DNA of 61,161 nucleotides, the filler included, from Piptocephalis cylindrospora (taxonomy: Eukaryota): assembly GCA_003614145.1 (NCBI GenBank). It is 14 parts of 14 records of this genome, joined end to end, with 100 filler letters (N's around TTAATTAATTAA, not from the genome) between each part and the next. Parts side by side here need not be neighbours in the genome. Positions count along the whole stretch, not along the records: positions 22,009 to 26,297 come from KZ988543.1; positions 26,398 to 30,686 come from KZ988544.1; positions 30,787 to 35,062 come from KZ988545.1; positions 35,163 to 39,436 come from KZ988546.1; 10 more parts are not named here. One strand, written 5' to 3'. A model generated the notes under the pieces. It was given only the letters and a program-made list of their open reading frames with translations, had not been told where the DNA came from and did no database searches. Position 1 is the stretch's first letter. Each line of letters opens with the position of its first letter. Made by a program: the position numbers and the translations under genes. This document shows, in pieces, positions 23,759-36,089 of this stretch.

Positions 23759-25432
23759 TTAGAACCCAAGAGAGTTCATCAACTTCCGCATGACACTGAC
23801 CTTCCGCTCAAAGGGTTCGGGACCATCGCAACGAATGCCGAAAAAGAAACTTTTTCGGCACGAGTAGCGCTTTTCCACAAGGTCCCAGCCGTCCCGATGG
23901 GAAAAGAGGGCGGTCCAATCGACGGGAACCTTGTCCATATAATCCCTAGCCTGGCTGGACAGACGGATCTTGTACTGAGCATCACCGACGATACAGCCAT
24001 CCCGACACAGATCACCCTCGCACCGGTAGGTGGTGAAGAGGGGAGAGTGATTGACGAGGCGTTGAAGGAAGGTGATGCGGAATTGGTAGAGGAAAGTCAG
24101 GGGATCCAGCCGGACGGCGTCGGCGGAAAATTGCTCTAGAAGGGTCTGAAGATCGCCGGGGGAGCCCTTGGTAAAGAGAGCGGTGTAGGCGATAAAGAGG
24201 GCATCAACAGCCTCGTCCATCTCGAGCAGGGCCCAAGCGTGCCATCCAGCTTGGGTGGTAGGGGCGGGAGGAGCGGGTCTTCCCCAGATGGCTAGAGCAT
24301 TCATGGCCATGGAGACGACGGCAAAGCCCATGCCCGGGAGGGCTAGGGCCGGGTTGAGACGCATCATAGAGAGGAGGCTGGAGGCGGTTCCCAGGGCAAA
24401 CCAGACATTTGTCTTGTCATCCTTGGTGAGCATGGAGTCGAGCAGTGTGGGGATGAGGGTGGGGGAGGCGGCGACGTAGTGGATCTGGAGTTGAAGAGCG
24501 TATTCGCGGATGGACCTGGCGAGCTGCATGGCATCCTGGAGGATGATCAGAGCGTCCGGAGAGACTCGGGTCAGGATTTTTCGGATTCGACGGGGTAGCC
24601 GGGGTTCTCGACGATGCCGGGACATGGACATGTGTTGAGTGACGAAGTTGGGGTAGCCGAGCTGAGTGGTGAACCAAGCAATACTCCGATTACCCATGTA
24701 GTATTCATTGACCAGGAACCGGACATCGCCCCGGGTCAGATTGGCCGGGAGGTGGGTGGGTCGATGGTAATGATTGTGGGGGCGTAGGGCAAGTGAGGTG
24801 TCGCTCCAGGGGGCCCAAGTGGGAGAGGGCCCAGTACTAACGAGTCGACGACCCGTGTGAGGGTCCACCAGGCCCGGGACTTTGATGGGACGTCCCTTAG
24901 AGTTCCTGGCCCTGGCCAATTTGACGGCCAAGTCCTCTTCATCCTCATCATCCTCATCATTGTCGTTGGATGAGCTGGAGGAGGGTTGGATGGAGGCCTG
25001 GGAGGGATTGCGGGCCAAGGAAAAGACGGTGCCATTTGGGGAGATGCGAACATCGGTAGGACCATCATTGGCGGGACGGGACAGCCAACGGGAGGAGGCA
25101 TTAATGAGGCATTTAGTATGTAGGATGCCTTGGAGCCCAGAGCATTCCGAGTCGAACGCGCTGCTTTTTGGGGGAGTGAGGGCCGGACCCTCGGGACTCC
25201 CCTCTCCCGTGGGGATAACTGGGGCCCCTGCTCGTCGAACAAGGATGTGTGTTGAGGAAGGCCCGGCAAGGACAGGAGGAAGGGGGAGGGGGCCGAGGAT
25301 CAAAAGGAAAAGAAGGTAAAAGAGAGCCAAGGTACGGGAAGAGGAGATGAAGAAGGGATAGAGTCGGGGAGGATTGGTCTTTAGCAAGCAAGGGGAGGAA
25401 AAAGGCAAAGAAGGTCGAGTGGAATAGGGCAT
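23759..25432 (-). CDS. Uncharacterised ~557-aa secreted/membrane protein
   Basis: Long intronless ORF with an N-terminal hydrophobic segment, central hydrophobic hairpin and Cys-containing C-terminus. Confidence 0.7.
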   Translation of the reverse strand: MPYSTRPSLPFSSPCLLKTNPPRLYPFFISSSRTLALFYLLFLLILGPLPLPPVLAGPSSTHILVRRAGAPVIPTGEGSPEGPALTPPKSSAFDSECSGLQGILHTKCLINASSRWLSRPANDGPTDVRISPNGTVFSLARNPSQASIQPSSSSSNDNDEDDEDEEDLAVKLARARNSKGRPIKVPGLVDPHTGRRLVSTGPSPTWAPWSDTSLALRPHNHYHRPTHLPANLTRGDVRFLVNEYYMGNRSIAWFTTQLGYPNFVTQHMSMSRHRREPRLPRRIRKILTRVSPDALIILQDAMQLARSIREYALQLQIHYVAASPTLIPTLLDSMLTKDDKTNVWFALGTASSLLSMMRLNPALALPGMGFAVVSMAMNALAIWGRPAPPAPTTQAGWHAWALLEMDEAVDALFIAYTALFTKGSPGDLQTLLEQFSADAVRLDPLTFLYQFRITFLQRLVNHSPLFTTYRCEGDLCRDGCIVGDAQYKIRLSSQARDYMDKVPVDWTALFSHRDGWDLVEKRYSCRKSFFFGIRCDGPEPFERKVSVMRKLMNSLGF

Positions 25433-25952
25433 GGCGATGGACGTCAAGACAGGCTGGGGAAGGGGGGAGGGGAGGGGAGGGGGACGGGGGACGTGAGGTT
25501 GACGACGGCCAGCCGGATCGCCCCTAGTCAGCAAGGGTGGTTGAGGGAGGGGGGCAGGAGTGGGATCTGGGGAACAGGAAGAGGAGGACAAGAAGGGGGG
25601 GAGGGTGGAGCAAAGTACTTGTCAGGAGAAAGCTGGGCGTGTGCCTGGCAAGGAAGGGTACTGGTCACAGAGGCACGCACGGTAGGATATGGGAAAGCGT
25701 TATTACGGCACTGGAGGAAGAGGGAGGTGGAGAGGCGCGACAGAGACTCGATGTTCTGAGGCATGGAAAGGGAGATGGCTGGGGAGGAGGGTCGTTAGGA
25801 TGGGGGAGGTACGGCGGACAGAAAGTCAATGAGGTGGAGGAGAAGAAGAGGGGATGGGGAAGAGAAGAAAGGACAAGCGGTATTGAGGAAGAGCGGAGAG
25901 GAAATGTCAGGGAGGACAGGTAAAGACAAGCCCTTATCCATGTTCTATACGA

Positions 25953-25996
<44 letters not shown>

Positions 25997-26397
25997 TACT
26001 ACACATACATCCAGGAATTTGGGAGGAAGGACCCTAGGATGGTGTGCTGTTAGGCTGAGACGAACGTGTGTGCATGGTGTGGTGATAGTAAGATGGGGGT
26101 AATGTGGTAGTGTGGTGGGTAAGGCTGGGTCGGCGGGGTATGAAGGATTGCAATGGGGTAGCGGACGGAGATTGAAAAAGGAGGCAGGCCTTTGAAGTGA
26201 ATATTGGGGTGTTTTGTCCCACTGCACATGGGGTTATCTAGGGGAGAGCTGATGCCATGCTTTACCACCAAATCTCGAGCCTTAGTTAAATTTAGGCNNN
26301 NNNNNNNNNNNNNNNNNNNNNNNNNNNNNNNNNNNNNNNNNTTAATTAATTAANNNNNNNNNNNNNNNNNNNNNNNNNNNNNNNNNNNNNNNNNNNN

Positions 26398-28266
26398 TGG
26401 CCTTGTACATAAACTCGGCCTATGGGGGGAGGAAGAAGGGATGAGTGCAAGGTCTATGGCATTCCTCTGCCTTCTTCCGGAGAAGCACCTACCTTTAAAC
26501 CAGCCTCCCAAAGCTCAGTACATAGTTCCATCCGTTCTTTGAGAAGACCATCGCCCACAGAGATGACATAAACCTCGGATTGATTGGCCTTGATATCCTC
26601 AAGCCTAGATCGACGAAGGAGAATGGAGAAGATCCGCTCGACACCAATGCTCAGGCCCACGCAGGGAACCTTGACTCCACCCTTCTTCCCCGAGGCCGCC
26701 CCGGCAAACATACCCACTAGTTCGTCGTACCGACCTCCACCGGAGATGGAGCCGACGCCCACATTGGCATCCTCTTCCGCTTCCTCTCCCTCCTTTCCCT
26801 TGGACTTTTTCACGCTGATCGCCTCAGTGACGGAAACAGGCGCTAGTGGCGCACAAGAGGAAGGGTGAGACGGAGAGGAGACCAGTGCTACATCATTCCT
26901 TCTTATTTTTAACTTACCAGGTCCACCAGAAAGAATAGCTTCGTAAATGATGCCAGTGTAGTAATCCAGACCACGAGCCAGGCTCAGATCAAAGGAGACA
27001 TGCTGAGTGACCTTGAAGGTATCCAGATAGGTGAAGAGAAGAGACATGTCAGAGAGTCCCTCCACGGCCTTGGTGTTTCCGGTGAGAATGGCATCCTTTT
27101 GCAGCTTCTCCAAAAGATCCCTGCCACCTATGGGATTTGAAGATGATTTAGTCCTATCTTCATGTCCCATCCCTACCCATCGGGGTCAACTGACTTACCC
27201 TTGAGCTTGACATACTCGCCGATTTTATCGGCTACCGAGGCCTCCAGCCCCTTCTCTTCCACCATCTCCTTCTTCACATCCTCCCAGGGAAGCTATGTGG
27301 CCCCAGGATGATGAAGAATGAGTGATTCAAAGGAAGAAGACACTCTATCCCCCGTCCCCCCTCCTGTTTTACCTTATCCAGCTTGTCGACAGCAGAGGAA
27401 ATGGGACGAATCTTGGTGTCGGGGACACCACAGACGGAGAAGATACCATCGAGAATCTTACGGTGGTTGACCTTAATGACAAAAGATCCAATGTCCAGGG
27501 AGGTGAGGACCTCGACGACAATGCGAAGGACCTCAGCATCAGGGACCATGGGCTCGTAGGTGCCGGCAATGTCAAAGTCGCACTGGTAAAACTCTCGCAT
27601 CCGTCCCTTGGTCATGGCGGGCTGATCCCGACGGTAGACCTTGGCGATGTGGTACCGCTTCATGTTCTGATAAGTGGTGCCGTTCATGGCGAGGAATCGG
27701 GCGAAAGGGACGGTAAGGTCATAGCGCAGAGCGCACTTTTCCCCACCCTGGTCCTCAAGATCATAGATGAGCTTGCTATCCTCCCCGTACTTGCCGCTCA
27801 GGATATCCTTGAGTTCAAATACAGGCGTATCGATCGTCACGGCCCCATGTCGCTTAAAGACTCCGATGATGGTGGAGAAGACGTGCTCCCGGATGGCCAT
27901 TTCCTTGTCATTGTAATCCTTAGTGCCCTTGGGGGTCTTGAGAGTCAACTTGCCCTTGCTCCCGGACCGCTTACCTTCACCTCCCTCACCGGTCAGGGCT
28001 GCGAGCTTGCTCTTAAGCTCTAGGAGGGCCTTGACCTCCACCTCCACCAATGTCTTCTCCGCCTTGGCTTCCTTTAGGGCGCGTACCTTTCCGCCCTGGG
28101 CGACCACGAGGGCCTGAAGGGATTCGGCAGTTTCAGCAGAGCTCATACTGTGATAATGGTAGTGATGACGACGATGGAGGACAGGGATGGACCTAGGTAT
28201 CTGGGGAAATGAACGGACTGAAGAATGAATGCAACGGGGAACAAGTCGATAGACGATCCGTAGCAT
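26398..28266 (-). CDS. HTS1: Histidyl-tRNA synthetase with WHEP domain, multi-exon, 3' truncated
   Basis: [28 protein letters not shown]...[37 protein letters not shown] helix pair [15 protein letters not shown]. Confidence 0.97.
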
Positions 28267-29843
28267 GCGACGGGGAGGCAAAAAACGGGAGGATGGAGGA
28301 GAGAAACAGGGGAGAAGGGAGGGGGAGGTGGGACGCGTATTAGACGTGCCCATTATGTTTTTTCCCTCTTCCCTTACCGCTCCTCTCATCCTGGTGCCAT
28401 GGGCTCCTCTCTGGCGGTGTCTACCTCGTCTTGTCATAGAGTGCGTACTCCCTCTCTGTAGCATTACGGATTATGGACCCATTCCTTGATGGGAAGGCTG
28501 TGCTGGCCCTGGAGACCCGTTAAAAAAGGGAATATTAAGGCGAATTTTGAACTGAATCGTCCGATTTTTAAGACCGTATTTTTCATGATTTCTGGATAAT
28601 TTTATCCCGTTTTTTCAACACCAATATATCTAGCTGGGAGGGTCTGAAACAGTGGAATGGTTCGTTTGGTGGGAGTGGACTGAGAGAAGTAGCATGGCGG
28701 ACTTTCCCATGTCCGACGACGTCCTCCCTAATGGGACTCATTCCAGACGGGTCCAGATGCACAGGTGTGATTCATCTCGGTGTTCTTGAGGTGTACCGGG
28801 GGTCACCCGAGTTTGATCCATACAGCAAGCTCCAAAGGGCTTTTGGGCAGCATGAACAACACTCATACTCTTATCCCAGAATATGTCGGGACTATGGGCC
28901 GAGCAAGTGGTATTTATTTCCTCATGGGGGAAATCTTATATGGTACTGTTGGAGGTCTGGGATTTCCTATTCCCATATTACCTTTTTCTGCCCTTGCTAA
29001 GGGATATAGACAGGGCAGTTGATACAAGAAAATGGACTACGAGATCATAGCTGGTTAATTTTCTTTAAACCAGCTGGCCATTCTTCAACGATTCTTAATG
29101 AGGGCCACATCATCTTGATTACCACTAAGTCTGGGGTCTTATACAGCACATGGACTGCATGCAGAGATGTGTTGATTGTGAGGGATGGGGAGGATGGACT
29201 GCAGCTTACTACCCCCTACATGGCCCAAGGGCGGTAACGTCCTTTAAAGAGACGGTTTCATGGGTCATCATCGCTGGGACCGTGAGATCCATAGAGTCAG
29301 CACGAAGTGAGAGAGAGAGAGAGAGAGACTGTGTCTGTGTCTGTGACCCTCTCCCCCGTTTCCCAGTGTCAGGAACGTACGGCCTGACTCATCCATCCAG
29401 GGTTTCCCCGGTCTCCCCTCCCCGTGTACATTCGACATAAATCATCTGATCCTTGACCATTCATCCCCTTGTTGTGAGAGAGATCTCTCCTAGACCGCCT
29501 TATGTATCTACTTCCAGTAAATTTCCATGAAACAACCAAGATGTGCACAAGTATGACCACTTGAGGTGACGGCGATTTGAACAGCATTCCCTTTCCCATC
29601 AACACTGATAAAAGCTCTGCTTCTCTTCCCTCTTCCACATCTTTCCTTTCAACCATTCTATCCTTCCCCCCTTCCCTTTCTCTCCTATTTTTTTTGCTTT
29701 CTTTCTCTCCACTCATCCATCTCTTCCGCTCTTTCCTAAATCATATACGCATTTTTCATCATTGTTCTCTCGATTCCTTCTTGCATCGCCCTCTGTGACC
29801 CCCTTTTCCTTGGTGTCCGAGCCCTTATCCCTTCTTGATCCTG

Positions 29844-30686
<843 letters not shown>

Positions 30687-30937
30687 NNNNNNNNNNNNNN
30701 NNNNNNNNNNNNNNNNNNNNNNNNNNNNNNTTAATTAATTAANNNNNNNNNNNNNNNNNNNNNNNNNNNNNNNNNNNNNNNNNNNNAAGAGGATGCACAC
30801 TTCCTCAGAGGAAAAAAGGTTGGAAAGGGAAGAAGCGGTAGGAAACATTGGGAAAGAGAAAGAAGAAGGCAGGCTACAGAACGCACAAAGAATCATTGCG
30901 CTGCGCCTTTTATAGAGCGAGCAGCACACATTCAAAA

Positions 30938-30964
30938 AGGTGTCCCCTATACTAAAGTTCAGCC
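30938..30964. mobile_element. Candidate DNA-transposon terminal repeat; second copy at 35378-35404
   Basis: AGGTGTCCCCTATACTAAAGTTCAGCC vs AGGTGTCCCCTATACTAAATTTGATCC (24/27), both near contig starts. Confidence 0.45.
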
Positions 30965-32551
30965 AAAACAAGAAACCAATAGACTGAAAATAAGAATCAC
31001 CGGCCTTTTATACCCAACTCCGCCACCCGTCAAAGTCAGAGGTAACTTTTATAAAATATCAACATCATACCCGTATAGTATTTTTTCCCTAAAACCCTAA
31101 CATGCTAACTCTAGCTAATGACCATAAAGAGCATAAGACACGCTCTCCATTGCAGCCGCTCACATACATTATGACTCTTTACTCTAGGCCGAGGAGATGA
31201 TGTAAATCACGTGATGTTTTGGTAATAAGTACGCCATACTAGACAAAATAATAAATGTAAGCGCTTGATAATAGCCATGCATGTAGATCAAGAGCAGCTA
31301 AGTGCGATGCAGAAAACCGCTTGGAAAAATACCCAGTCAATTGCCCATAACCGTACACTGGGGGTATAATAGACTTCAGCCCCTTCAGCTACAAAAGGAG
31401 GCTCTTTTGCCCCTCTTTCCCCCAGACTTTGGAATATACACCCTTTCGCTAGCTTCTTTCCTGTCCCCCCCTGTTCCCTCCTGTTTCCCCCTGTTTATCC
31501 TTGTTATAGGATCTGGAGACATGACAATGCCAAAGGCCTCTGGGAGGCTTTCTTAGTTGCCCTCCGCGACACTGCATATTAGGAGCGCTTAATAATACAT
31601 TTTTACTTACCTTTTATTCCTTTTTCAATTATTGAAAATATCCATCCTCAAATAAATATCTGCAAAAGATCCTAAATAATTAAGTTTCATTTCTGATTTT
31701 TAAGGATCATTTACATACTTAAGAAATAAACTAATAAAGCGAAAATTAATAACGTTCGGTGCTAATACTTTACATATTCATAATTAGGGCTCCAAGGGCT
31801 ATCTAGTGGTATGTATTAGAACATCGGATGGTGGGCCACCTATTCTAATGATTAGCCGATGATTAGCCACTGTTTATTGTATGAGGTCTTTCCTATGGGG
31901 CTGGGTCTACACTTTTGACATATAGTTTAGACCAGCTCTATTACAACAACCAACCTAGGTGATTCTATTACTGCTAACAATAATTCAACCAAGTAAATCA
32001 ATAATCAAATAGAAAGGCGAATCAAGAAAGGGCTGGGGATGTGAAGGAGGGAAGAGATAAGAGTAAGCACAGGCTCAAGGACGGGAAAATTCCCTTTACC
32101 TCATTGCCTTAAATGTCTTCCCAGGCTTATCGTTGGTCGTTACGCCTCTAGAATAAGCCTTCCTCAAGCATGCATCCGGCGATCAGACCGTTTCAGGCGT
32201 AGACTATAGCCCGTTAGCCTTCTGTCATCTGACCCTCTCTTGAAAACCACCGCTGGATGCACACATGTAGCACACAAATACACACAGACTGCACACGCTT
32301 CATATCTTCAGAAGAGATTCCTCACCCGAACAGGCACCAAATGTTCCGCACTCATGATGACTCTCAGTAACTCTGACTTGGTGTGACGCGTCAGGTACAG
32401 TCCGACCCTAAATCAAGACGTCATGGGCTTACCCCTGAGGCAGAGGGAGTGCAAATAGAGGTACAAATAAAGGTATTATTTGCCCTTCGCCCTCTTCTAC
32501 CTATCTTTCCTATCTCCTTAACATTATCCTCCCCTTCCTTTTATCGCTACA

Positions 32552-33465
32552 ATGAACTTCTTCACGTCCCCTTTGGGATCGTTGGCAGGCTGGGCTGCGT
32601 TTAGCTCTACTCATATGATTGTACGTGGTGGAGGGGGGGAGGGGGGATAGGGAAGGGAGCTTATCCAATGCTAACTTCATGGCCTTCTTTCTGTATGGAT
32701 AGATGTCGCACCCTCCTATTCGCGAAAAACTAATCAGACGAATGGGCGGGGAAGATCGCTTCCATGGGGCTTACTCGGCCGTCGCAGCTCTTACTTTACT
32801 TCCCACGATCTTTCTTTATGGTTCGTAGATTATTCATGTTTTAAAGGAGTGGGGATGGTGCCCTTTGACTTATCTTCTCTCCATGATGTAGCCCGGTATG
32901 GAAAGGGCAAGGGGGCCGTGCTGTGGACAGGGACGGGGACGGGGAAAAAGGTGGTTTCCACAGTGTTTAAGGGCATGGGAGCTTTGTCCTTTGCTGCCGC
33001 CATCACGAATCCCTCCCTTACGGGAATGGACCCGAATGCGGGGAAGGCTGCTGGGAAAGAGATGGATATGGAGCCACGGGGATTCAATCGAATTACTCGG
33101 CATGGAACTTTCATGGCATTTGCCTTCCTTGGCGTTGGAAATGTCATAGCCCGTGGGTTCCTTGGAGGTAAGGATGGAATGGGGCGGGATGGGGCATAAT
33201 GATGGCGTCTTATTCCCTTATCTTCTCTCTCCGTGTTACGGTAGATGTGGTCTTTTGGAGTGGGTTCCCTATTTTCTGGGTGATTGGATCCTTGCATCAG
33301 GATATGAGGAAGAAATTGACACTACCAGAGTCCTTCTTTGACAAAACCTCCCTCCTTCCCTTCAAGGCCATCCTTGAGGGCAGAAACTCTGGCAGCAAGG
33401 CCCTGGAGGAGATGGATAAGAAAGCCCTGGCCATTGCCGTGGCTGCTCCCCTTTTCCTCCTTTGA
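32552..33465 (+). CDS. NnrU / Z-ISO family membrane protein; exons 32552-32620, 32703-32820, 32892-33167, 33245-33465
   Basis: Spliced product ...GWAAFSSTHMIMSHPPIREKLIRRMGGEDRFHGAYSAVA...PRGFNRITRHG...GSLHQDMRK...FFDKTSLLPFKAILEGR; three in-phase GT-AG introns. Confidence 0.85.
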
Positions 33466-34451
33466 TAGCCACCTACTTGGTTCCAAAGGAAGATATAGTG
33501 TGTGCCTGTGTGAAAAGTAACACAGATACTGGATATGAGATATAATTGTCGTCCCGAGCACCTTGTCTTTTCCATAAGTTTACCATTGTCATCATTATAT
33601 CCTCTCAGATGATGGGAGGGGATACTGAACTCCATACATAAGCTGTCCACTTTTGCGTACCTCCCATTCTTTCTCATAGTAAGGATAGCCCGATGACACT
33701 AGTAGTAGTAGTAATGGTAGTAGTGATGGTAGTAGTAATAATAAATCTTAAAGCCCACATGAGTTCAATCAGTAGTTTTATTGTCTTTGATGCGCCCGCG
33801 GTCAAATGGTGACTTCCCCTGGTCCCCTTCCCTTGAGAGTGCCTGGCTGTATTATTATTACTCTCTTCCTCTCCCCATTCGATTCTTTGATGCGCACAAG
33901 GGGTATCTTCCCCCTTCACATAGACTCGCTCCCATTCCTAAGAGACGGGGGCCATCCCCTTGCCCGCTTAATGACTATATGTCTCTCTCCCCACCCTAAA
34001 AACTGAAGAAAATAGTGTATGTTTAGAGAGGGTATCATTTATCATTAGAGCTGGGGCTAGAAGGGGGGGGGGGGGGGGGGGTACCAGGGCCCTGGGTTTG
34101 ACGGCACCTCGGGGGGCCAACGAGAGGGGCACGCCTCCCCCCCTGCACCCGCCCCTACACCCCCCCCGCTGCTCAAAGGTACATTCCCAGCTGCCTTGAC
34201 TCGGCGCTCCCCTCCTCCTCCCACTGGACAAGGATTACACGCCCTTCATCCTTCTTTCCCTTGGCTTGTCATTACACATCCCCCCCTTTCCCGTAAATCA
34301 TCCCCTCTCTCGATTCGGCCACCAGTGATTTAGCTGCTATACCGATCGCTCTGTTCCTCACCCCGCCTTCACATCATCTCTAGGGTGCACTGGACACTCA
34401 CGCTCGCCTACTCATTCACTCACTCACACACGCACCGGGAAGCCACTGGAA

Positions 34452-35062
34452 ATGGCCCCTTCCTCCTACACAGCCCTAAATATTGATGGCAGCAGGGACC
34501 CGGGGAGACGACGGGGTACCACGGGGTCAGTGGCGGGACTGAGAGTCGAGGAAGAGGAGGAAGGGACTGAGGACGTCTTTGTTGACGATCCCCTCTCCCT
34601 ACCCAGGTATCAACCCATACACGGTGACGATTCCGGGGACGATGTGATGCTCGGAATACGGGGCACTAAGGCAGATGGGCTCAAGGGGGAGGACGACGAC
34701 GACGGGGAGGATGACCACACTTTCATGGCCTCCGGGGAGGAGATGGGTCTCTTTGACACGGAGTGGAGACCACCAAACGCTGGCTTCATGAGCTCGTTTC
34801 TGAACATGGCCAACTCCATCATTGGTGCCGGTATCATTGGTCTTCCCTTTGCATTTAGAGAGGCAGGGTTTTGGACCGGGGTCTTTTTACTCTTTTCCCT
34901 AACTGTGGTCATTGGTAGGTTTTGGGAGGAAAAGGGTGGCTGGTCTCTAAATTATCCTCTCTTTTCACCTCCTCACCTTCCTCCCTCCCAATAGATTGGA
35001 CCTTGAGGCTTCTCCTGAAGAATGGCAAACTGGCCTCGAGAAATTCATATCATGGTCTGATG
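34452..35062 (+). CDS. AVT2: AAAP-family amino acid transporter (Avt2/SLC38A11-like), 5' part, one intron
   Basis: SFLNMANSIIGAGIIGLPFAFREAGFWTG...DWTLRLLLKNGKLASRNSY. Confidence 0.85.
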
Positions 35063-36089
35063 NNNNNNNNNNNNNNNNNNNNNNNNNNNNNNNNNNNNNN
35101 NNNNNNTTAATTAATTAANNNNNNNNNNNNNNNNNNNNNNNNNNNNNNNNNNNNNNNNNNNNGCTGTTTTGGAAGGCTAGAGTCTAGGGTACTTAGGCAT
35201 ATGAAGGTATAAAGTTAGGGCTTAGGATGGCGGGTGGTGATTTTAGGGGGTTTTTGGGATGTATTTTCGTGGGGAGATTAGATACATCAACGAAACTCTG
35301 GCCAATAGTAGATGAGCGTGCTGCAGATGCGGAGTGTAAACATCAGCCAATAGGAGCGTAGCAGTCACGTGATATCGAGGTGTCCCCTATACTAAATTTG
35401 ATCCCTACCTTTCTCTCACTTCACCACCAGCTTTGTAGAGAAGGGAACTTGCTGATCCTTAAAATTAGTAATGGCATATACTCTTTTGGGCGGAACGGCG
35501 CACCATTCCTTGGTAGCGTGTGACGATGCCTACATTTTGAAAATACCCGATAGTGCGATGTAAGCGGTACGCGTTTTAACCACCTCGCCAAGAACCCAAG
35601 TTTCTGTAGGTTTGGTATTGTTAGAAGAAAGATTGGTGAATTTAGTCATAATGGTCTATCATTCTTTATACTACAGCTTACCACTAGCATCCGACTACCA
35701 ATGTCTTGGTCAAGTTGTGGCGTCAGGGGGGAAGTATGAAATTGGTGATGGAGGCTTGTAGAAAGTGTTGCAACCAATGCGGCTGGGGGAGGTAATGGCC
35801 CACTCTGGCTGTACCATATTTATTTAGGGGCTACCTCCCCCAGATCCCGCCTCCCCCATCCACCACTAACCAACCAACTATCAGCCACAACACTAAACGG
35901 TTTGTTATTCTTTCCTTTCTCCTTACCTCATCTCTTCTCCGTTTCTTTCGTTTCCCGCTCTTTGCTGCGAGAGTATACAGGTTCTGTTGTTCCTTGCTTA
36001 GAGGGACCTCTACTGCCTTTCAGTCTGCGCTTACTCAAGCTGGGCACAATACCATCGTTTCCTTACTGTCCATATTGTGCCTTTTGGTC

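Noticed and set aside
28680..28720. GAGAGAAGTAGCATGGC resembling the U6 snRNA core
   Set aside because: No ACAGAGA box, no U6-type internal stem-loop sequence and no poly-T end.
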